From: Proteobacteria bacterium UBA1858
GTDB taxonomy: Bacteria > Pseudomonadota > Gammaproteobacteria > UBA4575
Length of the DNA stretch: 39,118 nt
Assembly: GCA_002338385.1 (NCBI GenBank)
Contig: DDIE01000014.1
Coordinates: forward strand, 1-39,118
Reading direction: 5' to 3'
Shown here: positions 38,265 to 39,118 of the stretch, one piece after another
How positions within the stretch are numbered: the first letter of the stretch is position 1
How the letters are laid out: every line of letters starts with the position of its first letter
Position numbers and translations under genes: made by a program
Notes under the pieces: model-generated
Database searches by the model: none
Told to the model about the DNA's origin: nothing
What the model saw: the letters and a program-made list of their open reading frames with translations, nothing else

Positions 38265-39118
38265 ATGACCCGTACATCTAACACTCTCTGGTGGCTGACT
38301 GTGGTCACGATCGCCAGTCTGATGGTTATGCCACTGCTTGTGGTATTGCAGTTCAATCTGCAAGGCCATACGCCAACTTGGCAACATCTGTTGGACTATG
38401 TGCTGTGGAATTATATTAGTAATTCGCTGCAACTGGCTCTTGGTGTTGCTTTGGGCACATTTATTATCGGCGTGCCAACCGCTTGGTTATGTGCGTTGTA
38501 TCATTTCCCGGGCAAGCGTTATCTAGAGTTTCTGCTCTTACTGCCCCTCGCGATGCCCGCCTACATCATCGCCTACACCTATACAGGTATTCTAGATTTT
38601 GCCGGCCCTGTGCAAACTGCGCTACGAGATCATTTCGATTGGTCATATGGTCAATACTGGTTTCCTGAAATACGCTCCATGGGTGGTGCCATCGCCATGT
38701 TTTCGTTTGTGCTTTACCCCTATGTTTTTTTGCTGACACGCTCAACCTTAATCGCCCAATCACACAATCTGACCCATGCGGCCCAGTCGCTGGGGGCGAA
38801 CAGCCTAGAACGTTTGACCCTGATTATTCTGCCGCTGGCACGCCCGGCGATTGTGGCCGGCGTCATGTTAGCGCTCATGGAAACACTGGCAGATTACGGC
38901 ACGGTCCAATATTTTGGCATCGACACCTTTACCACCGGTATCATCCGCACCTGGTTCGGCTTTGGCGAACCCCAAACCGCTGCACAACTATCCAGTCTAC
39001 TGATGCTGGTCGTATTCATGTTATTCATGTTCGAACAGCATTCGCGCAGACGCATCCGTTACCACAATACCAGTAACAGCTGCCATGCCACTGCACCCAC
39101 GCCACTCACCGGCGGCGC
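38265..39118 (+). CDS. Fe(3+) ABC transporter permease (FbpB/HitB family), 5' part, runs off the window
   Basis: The frame is open from ATG 38265 to the window end, so it is absent from the ORF track. My translation gives MTRTSNTLWWLTVVTIASLMVMPLLVV...LPLAMPAYIIAYTYTGILDF...AAQSLGANSLERLTLIILPLARPAIVAGVMLALMETLADYGTVQYFG. That is a polytopic permease with the EAA-type loop of binding-protein-dependent transporters. Confidence 0.85.
   Translation, partial: MTRTSNTLWWLTVVTIASLMVMPLLVVLQFNLQGHTPTWQHLLDYVLWNYISNSLQLALGVALGTFIIGVPTAWLCALYHFPGKRYLEFLLLLPLAMPAYIIAYTYTGILDFAGPVQTALRDHFDWSYGQYWFPEIRSMGGAIAMFSFVLYPYVFLLTRSTLIAQSHNLTHAAQSLGANSLERLTLIILPLARPAIVAGVMLALMETLADYGTVQYFGIDTFTTGIIRTWFGFGEPQTAAQLSSLLMLVVFMLFMFEQHSRRRIRYHNTSNSCHATAPTPLTGG

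Overview
This looks like a housekeeping-dominated chromosomal segment of a Gammaproteobacterium. The synteny is gatCAB divergent from mreBCD, then rnd, metY, greB, ptrB, pdxH, msrA, tcdA, thiC, tolC, ilvE-glnE and an Fe(3+) ABC transporter that runs off the right edge. The organism cannot be named from the sequence alone. I call about 46 protein-coding genes. Coding density is very high: many 1-11 nt overlaps, two convergent pairs with overlapping stop codons, and two divergent pairs with 0 and 18 nt between their start codons. I found no rRNA, tRNA, CRISPR array, transposase or integrase, prophage remnant or recognisable defence island, and no non-coding stretch exceeds about 210 nt. Supported non-coding features are two hairpin terminators between convergent genes, a THI-box-like (TPP riboswitch) leader upstream of thiC, and a Fur-box-like site upstream of the iron transporter. 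The best candidates for under-described biology are: (1) a tightly coupled six-gene operon at 20221-25129 (DUF3429 membrane protein, NTF2-like, SDR, FAD oxidoreductase, DUF1365, CFA-synthase-like), a probable membrane-lipid tailoring pathway, possibly furan fatty acids, with three components that have no assigned role; (2) a greB operon in which a small unknown ORF is translationally coupled to greB, followed by a 400-aa protein made of two internally duplicated methyltransferase-fold halves whose SAM-binding Gly loop is replaced by G-[EQ]-D-Y; (3) mreC, whose conserved N-terminus and Shine-Dalgarno point to initiation at a non-canonical ATA codon; (4) a small islet with a NYN-domain protein carrying a long low-complexity tail, an ABM-like protein and a signal-anchored glutaredoxin-like protein. 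None of these is proven novel. All product calls come from motif recognition by eye, and no database search was possible.
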